Counted from the first letter of the stretch, positions 49,581 to 63,183 are shown. The stretch is DNA of 64,000 nucleotides from Camelus dromedarius (GCF_036321535.1 NC_087445.1:78616001-78680000), one strand, 5' to 3'. Notes: generated from the letters alone by a model not told the origin. Numbers and translations: made by a program.

Positions 49581-51371
49581 CAGCCTGGTCCTGCGTTATA
49601 ACATCATTGTCCTGTACCCCTGCTCTGAATCAGCTTAGCCTTCGGGTAGGGAAACTGGTTCAGAAATGAGAGCTCAAACAATTAAATCTTCACTGTTCTC
49701 CCCGAGGCTGCTCAAGGGTGTGACAAGTAACCCAGAAAGGACCCTCCTTCAGGGGAGAACAAGCATTAAACACATAATCAGAATTAGGATGAGCACAGGA
49801 TGTCAAGAGAGCGATTCCAGCATCCCTAAAAACGAGACTGTAAGCTGAGCCCCGCCAGACATGTAGAATTAACGCCTAAAGGAGACATCACGTGACCAAG
49901 CACCAAGATTGCTGAGAACATGGAATATTTGAAGAAAAGAAGTCAGAGGCATGGAAGGAGGGTTCGAAATTGGACCAGAAAGGCAGGCACAGGACCACAG
50001 GTCTCACACCAAGTGTTCTGGCAGGAGCTGCAAAGAGCAATATGGTACACGAGGTGGGCGGAGGCTGCAGGTCTTCACAAGAGTGGAGGCTGGACTGGAA
50101 AAGGGGGAGAATGAACACAGGGCTATCACTCAGGGCTCAGCCCCAACAAACGGGAGGAGACTGAGTCCGGACAAGTGGAGAGAGAGAGAGATGGCCAATT
50201 CTGAGATGCTCCTGTGGTAAAACCAGCAACACACACTCAGGGGAGGGGTGAGCGGACAGCGGGAGGGGCAGGTGTGCACAAGGCAGCATAGGAGCGCATG
50301 GCCCAGCCCGTGATCCTGGGCGAGTGCCTGCGAAGCACCCCTGCAGGCAGGATAAATGCATCAAGAATGCAGGAAAAAGGTCTGGCTAAAAACCACAGCA
50401 CAGTGTTTCTGGAAGAGACATTAACGGAGGTCAGGAAAACAACAACATGGAGCAAGAGGAGGGTCCAGAGGACAGTGAACACTTCCATGCTGTGGGAAAG
50501 GGGCCCCCCAGGTAATGGGAAGGCTGGAAAAAGGACAGTCCAGGCAGCGTGGTGTGACGACCAGGGAAAAGTGTGGGGGCGCAGGGGCCCGGTGTGTGAG
50601 TGCTGCCGTGCGACCGGGTGTGTAGCTGTCGCTGTCACTCAGCAAGAGGCTCCGCTGTGGCGGGGCGAGGTCACACAGCCTCCTGACCAGCCGGCAGAAC
50701 ACCCCGGCTTCACGTGGTGTTCTGAGCACACTCAGAACTCAGCTCACGTGGGGCTGAGCACACTCCCAGCAACTGAGAGAGGGAGACGGGTCAGATCTTT
50801 CCTTTGCCTCTCTGCAAACTCTCCGGCTCCTCTTCCGCCTTCTCGCTGAGGCCAGTGCCCTCCCTGCCCGTGAGCTACCCAGAGCCCCCCGTCCCCAAGC
50901 TCTGTTCACCTCTCATTCCCACCCCAGCACCCCCCAAATACACACCACTACCAATACCAGGAAATTAACCCTACTTCATGCTTCCTTTTCTTTGGGACAG
51001 TGAAATACTCCAAAGAGGAAACAAACCTGAAACCCAACATGAAAATTCAACTCTGGACCCAGAAGCACCAGCAGGGAGGGGCTCCGACTGGACTGTGAGA
51101 GTGAGTGAGGCCCCCTCCGCCACAGCAGCACAGCAGGGCCTCACCAGAGCTGCTCCAGCACGGGGTGGCACCATCCGGGCCTGCAGGGCCTGCACAGATT
51201 GCACCTCGCCCTCTAGGTGAGCCCCAGCCACGGCCTCTGCCCTGGAAAATACCCTCTCCGCAAGAGGGTTTCGTGATCCTAGCAGGACCAGAATCAAGTA
51301 GCTTTCTCTGCTCCCCATCCCTGCGCCCTCAACCAGACTTGAGAGAGAACCGAAGCGGAGGGGGTACCAAC

Positions 51372-51544
51372 CTGAATACACAACCTCTGTCTGCCAGTAA
51401 TTGAAAGCAGCAATCCAGGCCTCAAAGTGATGGGCCTGCCACGTGGCCACAGCCTGCAGCCCCGGCCCTGCCTCGCTCACCTTCAGGAGGGACAGCTGCC
51501 CGTTGGAGTCGCTGCTAATGAGTTTCAAGGGCTGGTCACTGGCT
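51372..51544 (-). CDS. DPH7: DPH7 exon 5 (ASDQPLKLISSDS...AHHFEAWIAAFNYWQTEVVYS)
   Basis: 173 nt, phase 2-1; WD40 AHxFEAW motif. Confidence 0.97.
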
Positions 51545-51713
51545 CTGGACACAGGGAACCAATGGAGAAACCTGGCTGAAGTTCATGCACAGACTCAAAC
51601 GCATCACTCTCTTCTGGCTCCCAACTGGTGACACTTTATGCCCCCACAGCATGTCACACAGAGGCTTTCCACAGACCTGGAGTGTGGACATGCCTCTTAA
51701 GAAGCGTGCTTGA

Positions 51714-51856
51714 GGGGGGAGTGAATAGGTCAGTGGTAGAGCATATGCCTAGCATGCATGAGGTCCTTGGTTCAATCCCCAGTACCTCCATCAAAATAAA
51801 TAAGTAAACAAACAAATTACCTCCCCCAAAAGTAAAAAAATTAAATAAATAAATAA
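51714..51856 (+). mobile_element. tRNA-Ala(AGC)-derived SINE, Vic-1-like
   Basis: tRNA-like head with A box (TAGGTCAGTGG), B box (GGTTCAATCC), CAGTACCTCCA, followed by an A-rich tail. Confidence 0.85.
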
Positions 51857-52056
51857 GTATCAGCTCCTCCCGATAAAAACACCACCCCTTCTAACTAAAA
51901 GGCCGAACTTTTTTCTTTTTCCATCAGGCCTGGCAGTGATGTTCCCAGGTTTGGGGAGCCACAGATGAGGCCAGCACAGGTGGCTTTCGTTCTCTTGCGT
52001 GAAGATAGGAGTGGATGCCCAGGGGAAGACTCGGGCCCACCAATGCCAGCCCTTAC

Positions 52057-52148
52057 CTTCCAGCCTTCCCAGTGGACCAGTCCAAGGACAAGGCCAGACC
52101 CCGCTTTTCCAGGGCAAAGCGGGAGAATGGCTCTAGCGTGTAAGAGTT
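52057..52148 (-). CDS. DPH7: DPH7 exon 4 (NSYTLEPFSRFALEKRGLALSLDWSTGKAG); alternative acceptor at 52151
   Basis: 92 or 95 nt, CAGCAG acceptor, donor AG|GTAAGG; LALSLDWSTGK conserved. Confidence 0.93.
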
Positions 52149-52272
52149 CTGCTGTGGAGAAAGGAACGTGATCAAAGGGGCACGGCCTCAGACCCAGAGA
52201 GGATTTCTCCTCTGGTCCAGGAATGCTGCCGTCCCCTTGTTTTCTACAAAGGGCCTGGCCCTTGTCACCGAC

Positions 52273-52360
52273 CTCGGATCGCACCAAGCGGAGGAGCTCT
52301 ACGGACCCGCCAGCATCCGCCACGCCCAAGAGGGCGTGGCCGCCCACTGGGACGTGGCAC
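52273..52360 (-). CDS. DPH7: DPH7 exon 3 (CHVPVGGHALLGVADAGGSVELLRLVRSE)
   Basis: 88 nt, phase 2-0. Confidence 0.95.
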
Positions 52361-52711
52361 CTGCGAAGACACACGTGCCAGTTAGAACCCGGGGCGTGCC
52401 CAGAGCACTGGAGAGCACCATGCACCCCAGTAACTATTTAAATTTCAGCTTCAAAACTGGGTGTGAGCCTACAATTCTGTTTCAACAAGATCCCCCAGCT
52501 TATGAAGCAGAAAACTAGCATTGCTTCCCAGACTGACAGAGATGTGGAAAAACCCGTCTACAGCATCCTCCAGGTGCCAACAGGTGGGCAGGACAGGACG
52601 GTAAAGAAATGAACCCAAGCCTCAGACACTCCCCCGCCCTGTGGAACGCTGCCAGGCATCAGGCTCCTCACAACAAATTCCAGACAAGCAGGACTGTTCC
52701 CAAAGTCGTAC

Positions 52712-52845
52712 CATTTCATGTCCAGGATTGCAGACGTATCTCTCCTTTGGATCTCAACCAGGGGGCAAGTGGAACCATCCTCATTGAAACTATACAGGTA
52801 GAGGCGGCCTAAACGGACTTGAGGCTCATCAACATCCAGTCCACT
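52712..52845 (-). CDS. DPH7: DPH7 exon 2 ([20 protein letters not shown]...AILDMK)
   Basis: 134 nt, phase 0-2, canonical splice sites. Confidence 0.96.
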
Positions 52846-53479
52846 CTGCAAAAAAGCTCAAGTGAGTCCTCTAATCACCTTCACAGATTCTGAGGAGCCC
52901 AGGGATGGGGACTGAAAGAAAGAAGAGACTGGCCAAGACTCTGGAACTGTGCCTGGAGGCAGCACCCCGACTTCCTGAGCTGGAGAAATGTCTCTTGTAT
53001 GCAAGTAATGGGTAGGGGCTGAGCCCTCCTCTACTCAGCACAGGAGACTCCTTATAAATCGGCCTCCTTCTATATCGGCCAAGAGCAGGGTTAGGGTCAG
53101 CACAGGGCTCAGTCTGCCTGGGACAGCCCTGGCTTAGGGCTGTTGCCCCAGCACCAGTTCTCACGCTTTAAAGTGTCTGGTTTGGATGCACATAGATGCC
53201 TTCAAGAGAGTGGGTACAGCTACTGCGAATCCCATTTTCTCTTTACTCTAGACTTCATCCGTAAACTTGAACCACGCCTGCAGAGATGACATCCTGCTTT
53301 CGGGATGCCCTGTTTCTAACCTACTTTCTGGCCACAAGGCCAATGTCGCATCTGCACCCCCTGTGCGACTCCACGCCAGAGTTTTCTCTTTCGACCGAGG
53401 CTTGCGGTCGGCTCTGCCTCTTGGGAGCCCTTTCTCGCTCTTCTCCAGAGAAGAGCCCGACCCTGGGGCTCTAGCTGCT

Positions 53480-54250
53480 TGGGAAATGCCACCTGGGGAT
53501 CGAAGGCCTGTGGAGACCGCGCGAGGCCGGAGGGCACCGCGCACCTTGCCCCCCGGGTCGGCGGGCTGGTCCTCCGGCTTCCGCAGCTGGTAGGTGCCGC
53601 ACGCCAGCAGGCGCCTGCAGCCCTCCAGCGGGCACCACTCCACCGAGTCCGCAGTGTGCTCCGCGTCCACCGCCTGCAGCAGCCGCACCCGACTGCCGGC
53701 CGCCCAGCATTCGGAGAAGGACGCGGCGGCGACCGGGGTGGCGGAGAGTGGGTGGCGGAGGCGGGCGGATGAAGCCAGGTTGAGAGCAGGGTCGGCGGGC
53801 CCGGGGCTGCGGCGAGAGCGGGGCCAGGGCCGGGATGGTGGGGGGCACTGCTCAGCTCGGGCGCGACACTCCTCCCACTTCCGCCGCCGTCCCCTCTCCG
53901 CGACTCCTTCCGGAGCGCCAAGGCAGGACTTCCGGCCTCCGTAGACGCCCCGCGCGAGGGAGGTCGGGCTCCCGCGCCCCCTGCCGGCCGGCGGACCTCA
54001 GCTGGCCCTACGTGCTCCCCTCGCGCTTAGCAGCCGCCCAGACGCGGGCTTGGGAGACGCGCGCCGCGTGTCCTGCACGGATTCTCGGGACAGCTGAGCT
54101 GATAGAGGAAAGCGGGGCATGGGAATGGGGTGGGTAAAGGGCCTGGACACCCAGGGAGCCGAGTTCAGGGTCTGACGCAAAGGGACTGAGCCTGGTCTGC
54201 CCTCCCTGACCCTCTGGAGGGCCTGAGTGCGGTGCGTCGCGGGGCGCAGA
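53480..54250 (-). promoter_or_regulatory. DPH7 CpG-island promoter with tandem ETS/GABP sites
   Basis: CpG-dense; (C)CGGAAG(T) on minus at 53877-53883, 53907-53913 and 53928-53935. Confidence 0.85.
53545..53688 (-). CDS. DPH7: DPH7 exon 1 coding part (V/M-RLLQAVDAEHTADSVEWCPLEGCRRLLACGTYQLRKPEDQPADPGGK); start codon unresolved
   Basis: Matches DPH7 N-terminus (DSVEWCP, LLACGTYQL); donor AAG|GTGCGC. No in-frame ATG; the ATG at 53710 is 1 nt out of frame. Confidence 0.85.
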
Positions 54251-54494
54251 CCTGCCGGCTGGACAGCACAGAAAGCAGACAGGGCTGGCCGGAGGGCACT
54301 GGCAGGGGTGGAGGGCGGGAAGGTGAACAGAGGGCACGGAGAACCAGGGTCTGGGCAGAGGGGCAGGCTCTGCCTGCCAGTTAGACTTAGGATGCAAGGG
54401 AGACCAGCAGTCATGATCTGATTTGGGAGACCGAGTACGTGTTGACACCGTTCAATAAAATCAGTTGACTCTACAGAATGTTGAGGAACGCAAA

Positions 54495-55051
54495 TGTGGG
54501 CTATCTTAAGGATTTAATTGTGTATCCCCCCACAGATATGTTTAAGTCCTAACCTGAGTACCACAGAATGTGACCTTTGGAAACAGGGACTTTACAGAAG
54601 TACTCTGGTTAAAACCAGGTCATTAGGGTGACCCTAATCCACTAGGACTGGCCTTATGAGGGGGAATTTGGACTGTGAAACACCCACAGACGGAAGAAAA
54701 CATAAAGACAGGCTTGCCAGGTATTCTGATCTACAGGGCATGGCTGCCCTAAGCCAGGAGTCCGGAGCACACCTTCCCTTCCCTTGAGTCTTCAGAGTGA
54801 GCCCAGCCCTGCCAATGCCTGGACATGAGGCTTCCAGCTTCCAGCACCCAGACAATACATTGTTGGGTGTTTTGTTTTGTTTTGTTGGGGGGTAGGTTTA
54901 TTTATGTTACAGAGGAGGTACTGGGGATTGAACCCAGGACCTCATGCTAAGCACACACTACCAACTTGAGCTATACCCTCCATCCACAATACATTGTTTT
55001 TAAGCCACCCAGTTTGTAATGCTTTGTTGTAGTAGCCCTGGGAACCTGGAC
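54495..55051 (+). mobile_element. MLT1 (MaLR) solo LTR interrupted by a SINE
   Basis: GAATGTGACCTTTGGAAACAGGGACTTTACAG, TAGGGTGACCCTAATCC and TTTAAGCCACCCAGTTTGT...GCCCTGGGAA MLT1 motifs. Confidence 0.85.
54865..54985 (-). mobile_element. tRNA-Ala-derived SINE with a 13-bp TSD, inserted in MLT1
   Basis: Minus strand GGAGGGTATAGCTCAAG...GGTTCAATCCCCAGTACCTCC plus tail; TSD ACAATACATTGTT at 54852-54864 and 54986-54998. Confidence 0.9.
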
Positions 55052-56431
55052 GTGAGACTGAAATCCACATGGATACGTGGGTAGTGAGCCTGTGGCTCCA
55101 AAGTGGTTTCTACGACTGGAAATACAGACGTGGGTCCACAGCTAGGACGGCAGCTGCAGCACAGCAGCAGAAACGGTTTCAGGAAGCAACCGGGCACCCT
55201 GAAGCCACGTGTCTTGATTTGACCTGGTACCAAAGGCAGTCTGGTCAAGCAGCCCCACACCATGCTCCAGTTAAGAACAAGTCCCACGTTTTAACCATGT
55301 GAGTGAATGCTGAACATTCAGAGGCTCTCAGATGTGTGGCTATCAAGTCAAGAGGTCAGAGCCATCAAAAGAGAAAGTAAACCTGGGGCGGGTTATCAGA
55401 TGAAGGACAATGGATGCAAATGGGGTAAGAGCAGTCTGTGGACCCTGGGACGCCTTCAGCAGGGCATCCACTGCAGAGGCCATGGTAGGGGTGTGAGTGA
55501 ACACCTGGAGCCCCACAGTACCTGCCCCGCTCCAGCGCAGGGCCCTGCACCAGCAGACTCAGGGTCCCTATCACCCAGCACAGGGCACAGCACCCTCAGG
55601 TAGGGGACAGCCACCAGCTACTGCAGTGGCTCCTGCAGTCACCTCAGACAGCAATCCCCGGGTCAAGGCTATTCCAGATGAGCCCATGAGACCCAGCAGA
55701 AAGCAACCAGGGTCAGGACCCAGTGTGGCATCCTATGGGGGAGCTGAGACCCCGCCGCTTCCCTTTCAGTGTAATTGCCCTATGAACGGCTGACCACAGA
55801 GCAGTTGGTGCCAGTCAGGGAATGTGAACAGGCTGGAGGTCCACCCTGACTGCTCCCCAAAGGACACAGGTAGGACCCACAGCCTACGCTCCGGGCTTCC
55901 TCAGCCCAGGAGCCTGTGTTTGAAAGCAAATTGAGCACACCCATGGCTCCATGTCTGACGCTCGCCGAAACCTCAATGTGCTGGCCTACTCAGGAGGCCC
56001 CAACCTCAACAGTCCCGGCCACAGCTGGCCTCCAGAAGCAGGGGTTATCCCACCCTGGACTTGTCCCAAGGGCTCCAGCCAGCTGCTGTCTGTGACTGTC
56101 TCTCAGGATCACACGCCCTCCTCCCGGTAGCTTCCTGAGCCCCACTACTGCTCACCGAGGGTCCGGAGCCCACAGCCAACCTCACCTATGCAGCAAAAAG
56201 GTCCTGACCTGGAAGGCCCACTACCCCCAACCTGCACAGCAGCAGTCTTTTCAGTAAAACCCACGTGGAGCATATAAAGTTCCTGCCTTCCCTTGGGGTC
56301 AGGACAGTTTTCCTCCTGCTCCCTGAATGTTGCTCTCACCTGTGTCCCCAGCCCTGAATTCCGGGACACATGCCCAGAAGGCGCCAAGTTCTGTAAAAGG
56401 AGCTACTAAAAGCTCAGCTCACAGACCAACG

Positions 56432-56443
56432 GCCACCTAGTGG
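56432..56443 (-). promoter_or_regulatory. Candidate CTCF site
   Basis: Minus strand CCACTAGGTGGC matches the CTCF core; motif match only. Confidence 0.5.
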
Positions 56444-56957
56444 CTGGCCCCAGCCCGGGGAAGCAGCAAGAGCACGCAGCCTCCTGGAAGATGGCAGAAG
56501 GTGGCAAACGGGAAGGTGTGGCAGAGGCCTGCAGGACCAACGTGGGGCCAGGGAGGGCCCGGGACAGATGGTCAGAGTTGGTGTGGTCAGCCTTCACTCT
56601 CCCAAGAACAAGGCCTCCAGCAGGCTGGCTGGCTGGCCCTGGAGACCAGCAAGTCCCCAGCCAGACGGCCTGGCCCCAAGTAACTCTGCAGGTGTACCCG
56701 GTGCTGCCCAGCTCTCAGAGGTTTGTGGCTCCTGGAACAGAGGGAGGCCTGGCCTGGGGATACAGCCCAGCAGCCAGGGAAGCAGTGCTCACCCCTCTGG
56801 GGCGCTCCAGTTCATACGGCGGACCTCAGCGGGCCTGCCGGGCAGAACCTCCTGCCCCCAGCTCCCACCCACTCAGTGCATGAGTCAAATGAGAATTCAC
56901 CAGGGCCGGGGCCAGAGCAGCGGGCAACCTACAAGAACCCCCAGCAGCTCCTGCCCC

Positions 56958-56989
56958 AGGACAAGGACAAGGACAAAGACAAGGACAGG
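56958..56989 (+). repeat. (AGGACA)5-type hexamer microsatellite
   Basis: AGGACAAGGACAAGGACAAAGACAAGGACAGG. Confidence 0.75.
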
Positions 56990-57316
56990 TCTGGGTCTCC
57001 TTTGCACCCCCACCCCCAGATGGCAGATGAGGAGAGCAGAGAGCAGCCGGCACGCCGGGCGGTACCACCCTTTACTTCGCCTTGTGCCACAGTCCCAGGC
57101 CGCCGCCCTGCCTGACTCAGCAGCCCAGGAGCTCAGGTGTTACAGCAACCGACCCAATTGTAACCTCCGCCCCCCACCGCCTCCCCCCAAAAAAACTGTA
57201 CATGAGTTTACAAACGTATTAACATATAAATAAGGAGAAGCGTCCGCGGGAGCCTCCCAGCTGTCTCTGAGCTCCAGGAGCCGGGCCGCAGGGCATGGGG
57301 CCCTGGGCGGTGGTGC

Positions 57317-57360
57317 TGGTCCGGGTCTGGGTCCGGGTCCAGGTCCGGTGCAGGTGCGGG
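57317..57360 (+). repeat. Degenerate (NGGTCC)n hexamer repeat in the ZMYND19 3'UTR
   Basis: TGGTCCGGGTCTGGGTCCGGGTCCAGGTCCGGTGCAGGTGCGGG. Confidence 0.65.
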
Positions 57361-57463
57361 AGTGACTCCTGCGGCAGCTCCGGGTCCAGCCGCCTGCCGG
57401 TGTTGGCAGCGCCCCAGGGAGATGGGAAGCCGCGAGTGCAGGGCTGCACGCTCCACTGCCTGG

Positions 57464-58116
<653 letters not shown>

Positions 58117-58444
58117 TTAGCCCGTTTTAACCTCCCTCTGAAAGGTACTGGGCAGGGCGGCGTCAGCCTCCCTCATCACCTCCCCAATGCCTGGAGACCC
58201 CAGGCCCAGCCGCTGAGCCACCTCTCCTTCGACCGGGAGCTGCTGTGTGTCCTTCTCAGGGCTTCCCGCGTAGGGCGGGCCAAGCCTGAAACTGGAGAGT
58301 TCTACCTGGGGCGGGGCAAGCGCAGGCCGCCTTCACAGGAGGCACCACCGGCACTGCAAGAGGGAAGGGTGTGTGAAGAACCCCCGCCCCACCCACTCTC
58401 CTGGGCCAGGCCTGGAGGCACCACTACAGGGAAGGGTCAGCCTC

Positions 58445-59607
58445 TTCTAAACTCACCTGCAAAACTCACTCAAAATGGATCAAGGACCTAAACACGATAC
58501 AATTCTTAGAGAAAACATCGGACAAAAGCTTCCTGACCCTGGATTTGGCAACGATCGGGGTTATGACATCAGAGGCACAGTAACAAAACCGCAGACACGC
58601 TGGATGTCGTGGAAATTCAAGACCTTCGTGCATCAGTAAAATGGCAGCCCACAGGATGAGGAAAATTACTTGCAAATCTTACATCCCACAAGGGGTTAAC
58701 ACCCAGACAATATAAAGACCTCTACAACTCAACAAAAAACCCAACAACCTGATCCACAATGGGCAGGGCATCCGAGCAGGCGTTTCCCTGACACCCACAT
58801 GGCCCAAAGCACGTGCAAAGCTGCCCAGCACCACCGTCCTCAGGAAGACGCACGTCCCCACCGCACAGGGACACCTCGCACTCCCGGGCACGGCTGCTCC
58901 CACACAAACAGGAAACGAGTGTCGGCAAGGACGCGGACACACTGGAACCTCTGCGCACTGCTGGTGGGGACGTGAAACGGGACAGATGCCATGGAAAACA
59001 GCATGTTGGTTCCTCAGAAAGTGAACAGAATCATCATGATTTGGCAGTTCCATCACTTCTAGGCACACACTCCGAAGAATCCAAAGCGGGGACGTGAAGA
59101 GCTGTTTGTACAACTGGGTTCATGGCAGCATCGCTCACAAAAGGCAAGTGGTGGAAGCCACCCAGGTGCCCGTCGACAGAGGAAGGGGTAAACCAATGTG
59201 TGTGACGTGCACGTGTGTAGACACGTGTGTATGTATACCTAGGCACATATACACATGCAGTGGGATATGACTTAGCCTTGAAAAGGAAGGAAATTCTGAC
59301 ACAAGCTACAACACGGAGGAGTCCTGAGGACTTAAATGAGGTGAAGTGACATAAGCCCATCACAGGACAACTGCTGTCTGAATCCACGAGGTCCCTAGTG
59401 CTGTCGATTCATGCAACAGCGGGGCCAGGCCTCGGGGAGGGGCCGAGGGCTCAGCGCTTATCAGGGACAAGGCTTCCGTTTGGGAAGGTGAGAAACTTCT
59501 AGAGACGGATGGGGGGACGGCTGCACAACAGTGTAACACTGCTGAACCACGCGCTCAAAAGTGGTTCAAACAGTAAACGTTATGTGTACTTCACCACAAT
59601 AAAAACA
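58445..59607 (+). mobile_element. L1MB-like old L1 3' fragment
   Basis: Degenerate ORF2 end (NSKWIKDLN-like), L1MB-type 3'UTR (GTTTGGGAAGGTGAGAAACTTCTAGAGACGGAT) ending CACAATAAAAA. Confidence 0.8.
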
Positions 59608-61495
59608 TTTTCTAAAGAAGGGTGGAAGCCAGGATGTGGGGGGACACTGGCTGCTCCTGAGCCCGGTGATGAAGTCCTACCAGAGACAGGCTTCAGCTCC
59701 AGCAGCTTTGGAGGGCAGAACGGGAGGGAGACGCACCTTTGCAGAGGGGCCCTCCAGCCTGGTCAGACAGCCCTCCAGGAGCAGGGTGCAGGCCTGGGAG
59801 GAGCTGAGGTGCCTGCCTCGCGTCACGGGCGGCTTACTCCCACCACAGGAGCCACCGTGCAGAGGCCCTGGGGACAAATGGACAGACTCCTAACGCCCAT
59901 GCCTGTGGAGACTCCAGGCCACACTCGGGCTGGCTCTGACCCCAAGTGCAGTGAACCTCACTGAGGGCCTGAACCCCACTGGCAAACCAAGGATGACCAG
60001 CAGGGAGGAGCCTCCGGGGTGGTCCTGGGCCTGGAGGAGAATGGGCAGCCAGGCCACGGCCCCGTGGAGGCCACCAGGTGGGGCAGCCCTGTGTGTAAGC
60101 GACCTGCTTCCAAACAGGTCTTAACTGTGGTCACTTTATCTCACGACAACAAACGATGCTCAGACGCACGAACGTAAACTGGTCACAGGGCGAGCTGCCC
60201 AAAACAGGCTTCACAACCCAGAGACCCTGTAAGGAGACAGGCCATCGCTGGGTGGGGGCTGTCCCAGGTCTACACTGACTTGCGTGCACGCTGGACAACC
60301 CTGGGGAACCCGATTCGTCTGCCAGGCTGCCCCTGCATGCCTTCTGACAACACAGCCTTCACCTTGTCTAATGAAAGAACCCTCCTGTCCCCAACACGGG
60401 GGCAGAAGGGTGCATCAAAACAGGCTCACTGGAGTTGATTCCAGTTCTCCTCATGCTGTGGAAAACAAGTGTGCGGCCCTGGCGGCACCTCCTGGGAACG
60501 GGTGGTGGCTTTGAGGCTTCCACATCTCAGCGGGGGGCCAATAAGGGTCCTATTTTTGCTTCAGCCAGATTGGGCTCAGTTTCTGTCACTTGCAACTGAA
60601 AGCCTAGACTAACAACCCCCAGGAAGATGAGTCCTAACTCACCTCTTGTGGGCGGCCTCTCTCAAGAGCAGCCTGAGGGAAACAGGGTCAGACTGAAACA
60701 TCAGAGCAGAAAACCCAGAGTGCTGGAGACCCAGCCCTCTGCCCCTCGCCCGCCAGAACCTGGTAGAGTTATGGGGGTGCAGGACACCCTCCAGAGCTGC
60801 AGCAGCACGTACTGGATATGGCCTTCTGATACCTGGGGACCACCCCCCCAAGCCCAGTTGGCCGTGTGATCTACCTCCTCCACTACGTGGGGCTTGGCAA
60901 GACCCTGAGGGTGAACGCTGCAAAGCTTCCACCCAGTCTCCATCCACCGCTAGCATCAAGAGAAACACTGACCACCCCCCACCCCATCGCCTTGCTGACT
61001 TCTGTCTGTCGGGGAGGTCAGCACCAGCACTGCCAACATCAGGAAAGCCGTTCAGGGGCCCCAGCAGGTGGCAAAAGCCCCAGGGAGCCCTTAAATGATC
61101 CCCATGTGGCCAGGGACACTCTGCCTCATTTTGGCTCCCAACTCCGGTCCAGCTGGTCCTCCAGCTCTTCAAAGCCAAGGGCTCCAAGAAGCTCACTGTG
61201 GGGCTATTCCTGGGGTCCCCTACCGAGGGAACGTGGAGGCCGAGCGGCCAAGGCCCCAGACCACACCATCCTGCTCCCTTAAACCACTTAGGCAAATCAT
61301 TTACAAAAAGACCCATCTTCATGCGTAGCGGCATCCCTGAGACAAAGGTGTCTGTATCGAGTCCTGCTTACCTACCGAGGCCCCGCCCACACAACTCTCC
61401 TCCTTGTGAGAGCCAATTCAGAAGACCAACCCAAAAAGATAACTATTAAAAAGTTATCCTCCCCCAATGAAAAAAAAGAGGACCGCCCACTCTCA

Positions 61496-61840
<345 letters not shown>

Positions 61841-62194
61841 TCATCCGGAACCAGGCTGCTGAGAGGAACCCAAGGGTGTTGGTCCGCATCCCAAACAGGA
61901 CAGGCCATGAGGACAGCCCAGCCCCTGGATTTAAGAGCTAGGCAGCAGGAAGCCAAGGGTGGAACCCCAAACCATCCAACCCACAGCCTAGAGAACGCCC
62001 CATCTGAGTGGCCCCAAGTATTTCAGAACCTCACTGTTCACACTGCAGAGAAGGCCCTTCCCCACATCCCACCTACAGGCTCAGCAAAAGCCCAGTGGAG
62101 GGACCAGCCCTTGCCCTCCCCCAGTGGCTGTGTGCAGAGCACACATGGTGTGCAGACTTCCAAGCTGCCCTGTCGGTGTCATGGGATGCTGTCA

Positions 62195-62548
<354 letters not shown>

Positions 62549-63183
62549 TTAGAAAAATGAGTGAAACGAACAAGCTGGAGGTACAAAGGCCAGGCCCGTC
62601 TCTGGGACCCCAGGGGTCTGCAGAGCTCCCCAAGACATGGCACTGAGCACCTTGCTACACTGAGCTGAGACAAACTCGAGAACCCTCTTTGCAAAATGTT
62701 GTGGACACAGAGAAATAGACTTCCTTGCCCTTAAAAAAGTCCCCAACCCCCAGTAAGAAAAAAAGGCAAGCCCGTGAAAAAGTAAGCAAAAGCGTGAAGG
62801 GCTCAGGACTATGGTGGGTCCAGAGGCTCTGGAGGGAAAAGGGTAGGTAAGGACTGGACACAGAGGGACAGGCGTTGGGCAGGGTGCAGTTGGGGCAGGG
62901 AGCTCGGGCCGGTGAGACTAGGGCACGGAGCAGCAGGTAGGCCGCAGGCCACAGCCAGAGAGAAGGTGGGGGCCTCCTAGGGGACAGAGGCTTGTCCACT
63001 GAACTCCCCATCACAAACATGACACAATTCTGTCTCTTTCAGGAAGAGCTTCAGCCAGGGTGGAAGCAGGGAAGGTGAGCACGGCTGAGGCGGTGGGGTG
63101 GGGGCTCCACTGGGCAGTGATGGCCAGGTTCTGCCGGGACCTGGGTTCTGGCTGGGGCCTCGGCGGCCAGCTTCAGACACTCA

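Noticed and set aside
51714-51790. tRNA-Ala(AGC)-like sequences here and at 54915-54985
   Set aside because: Stem mismatches, A-rich tails, and a TSD on one copy identify them as SINEs rather than tRNA genes.
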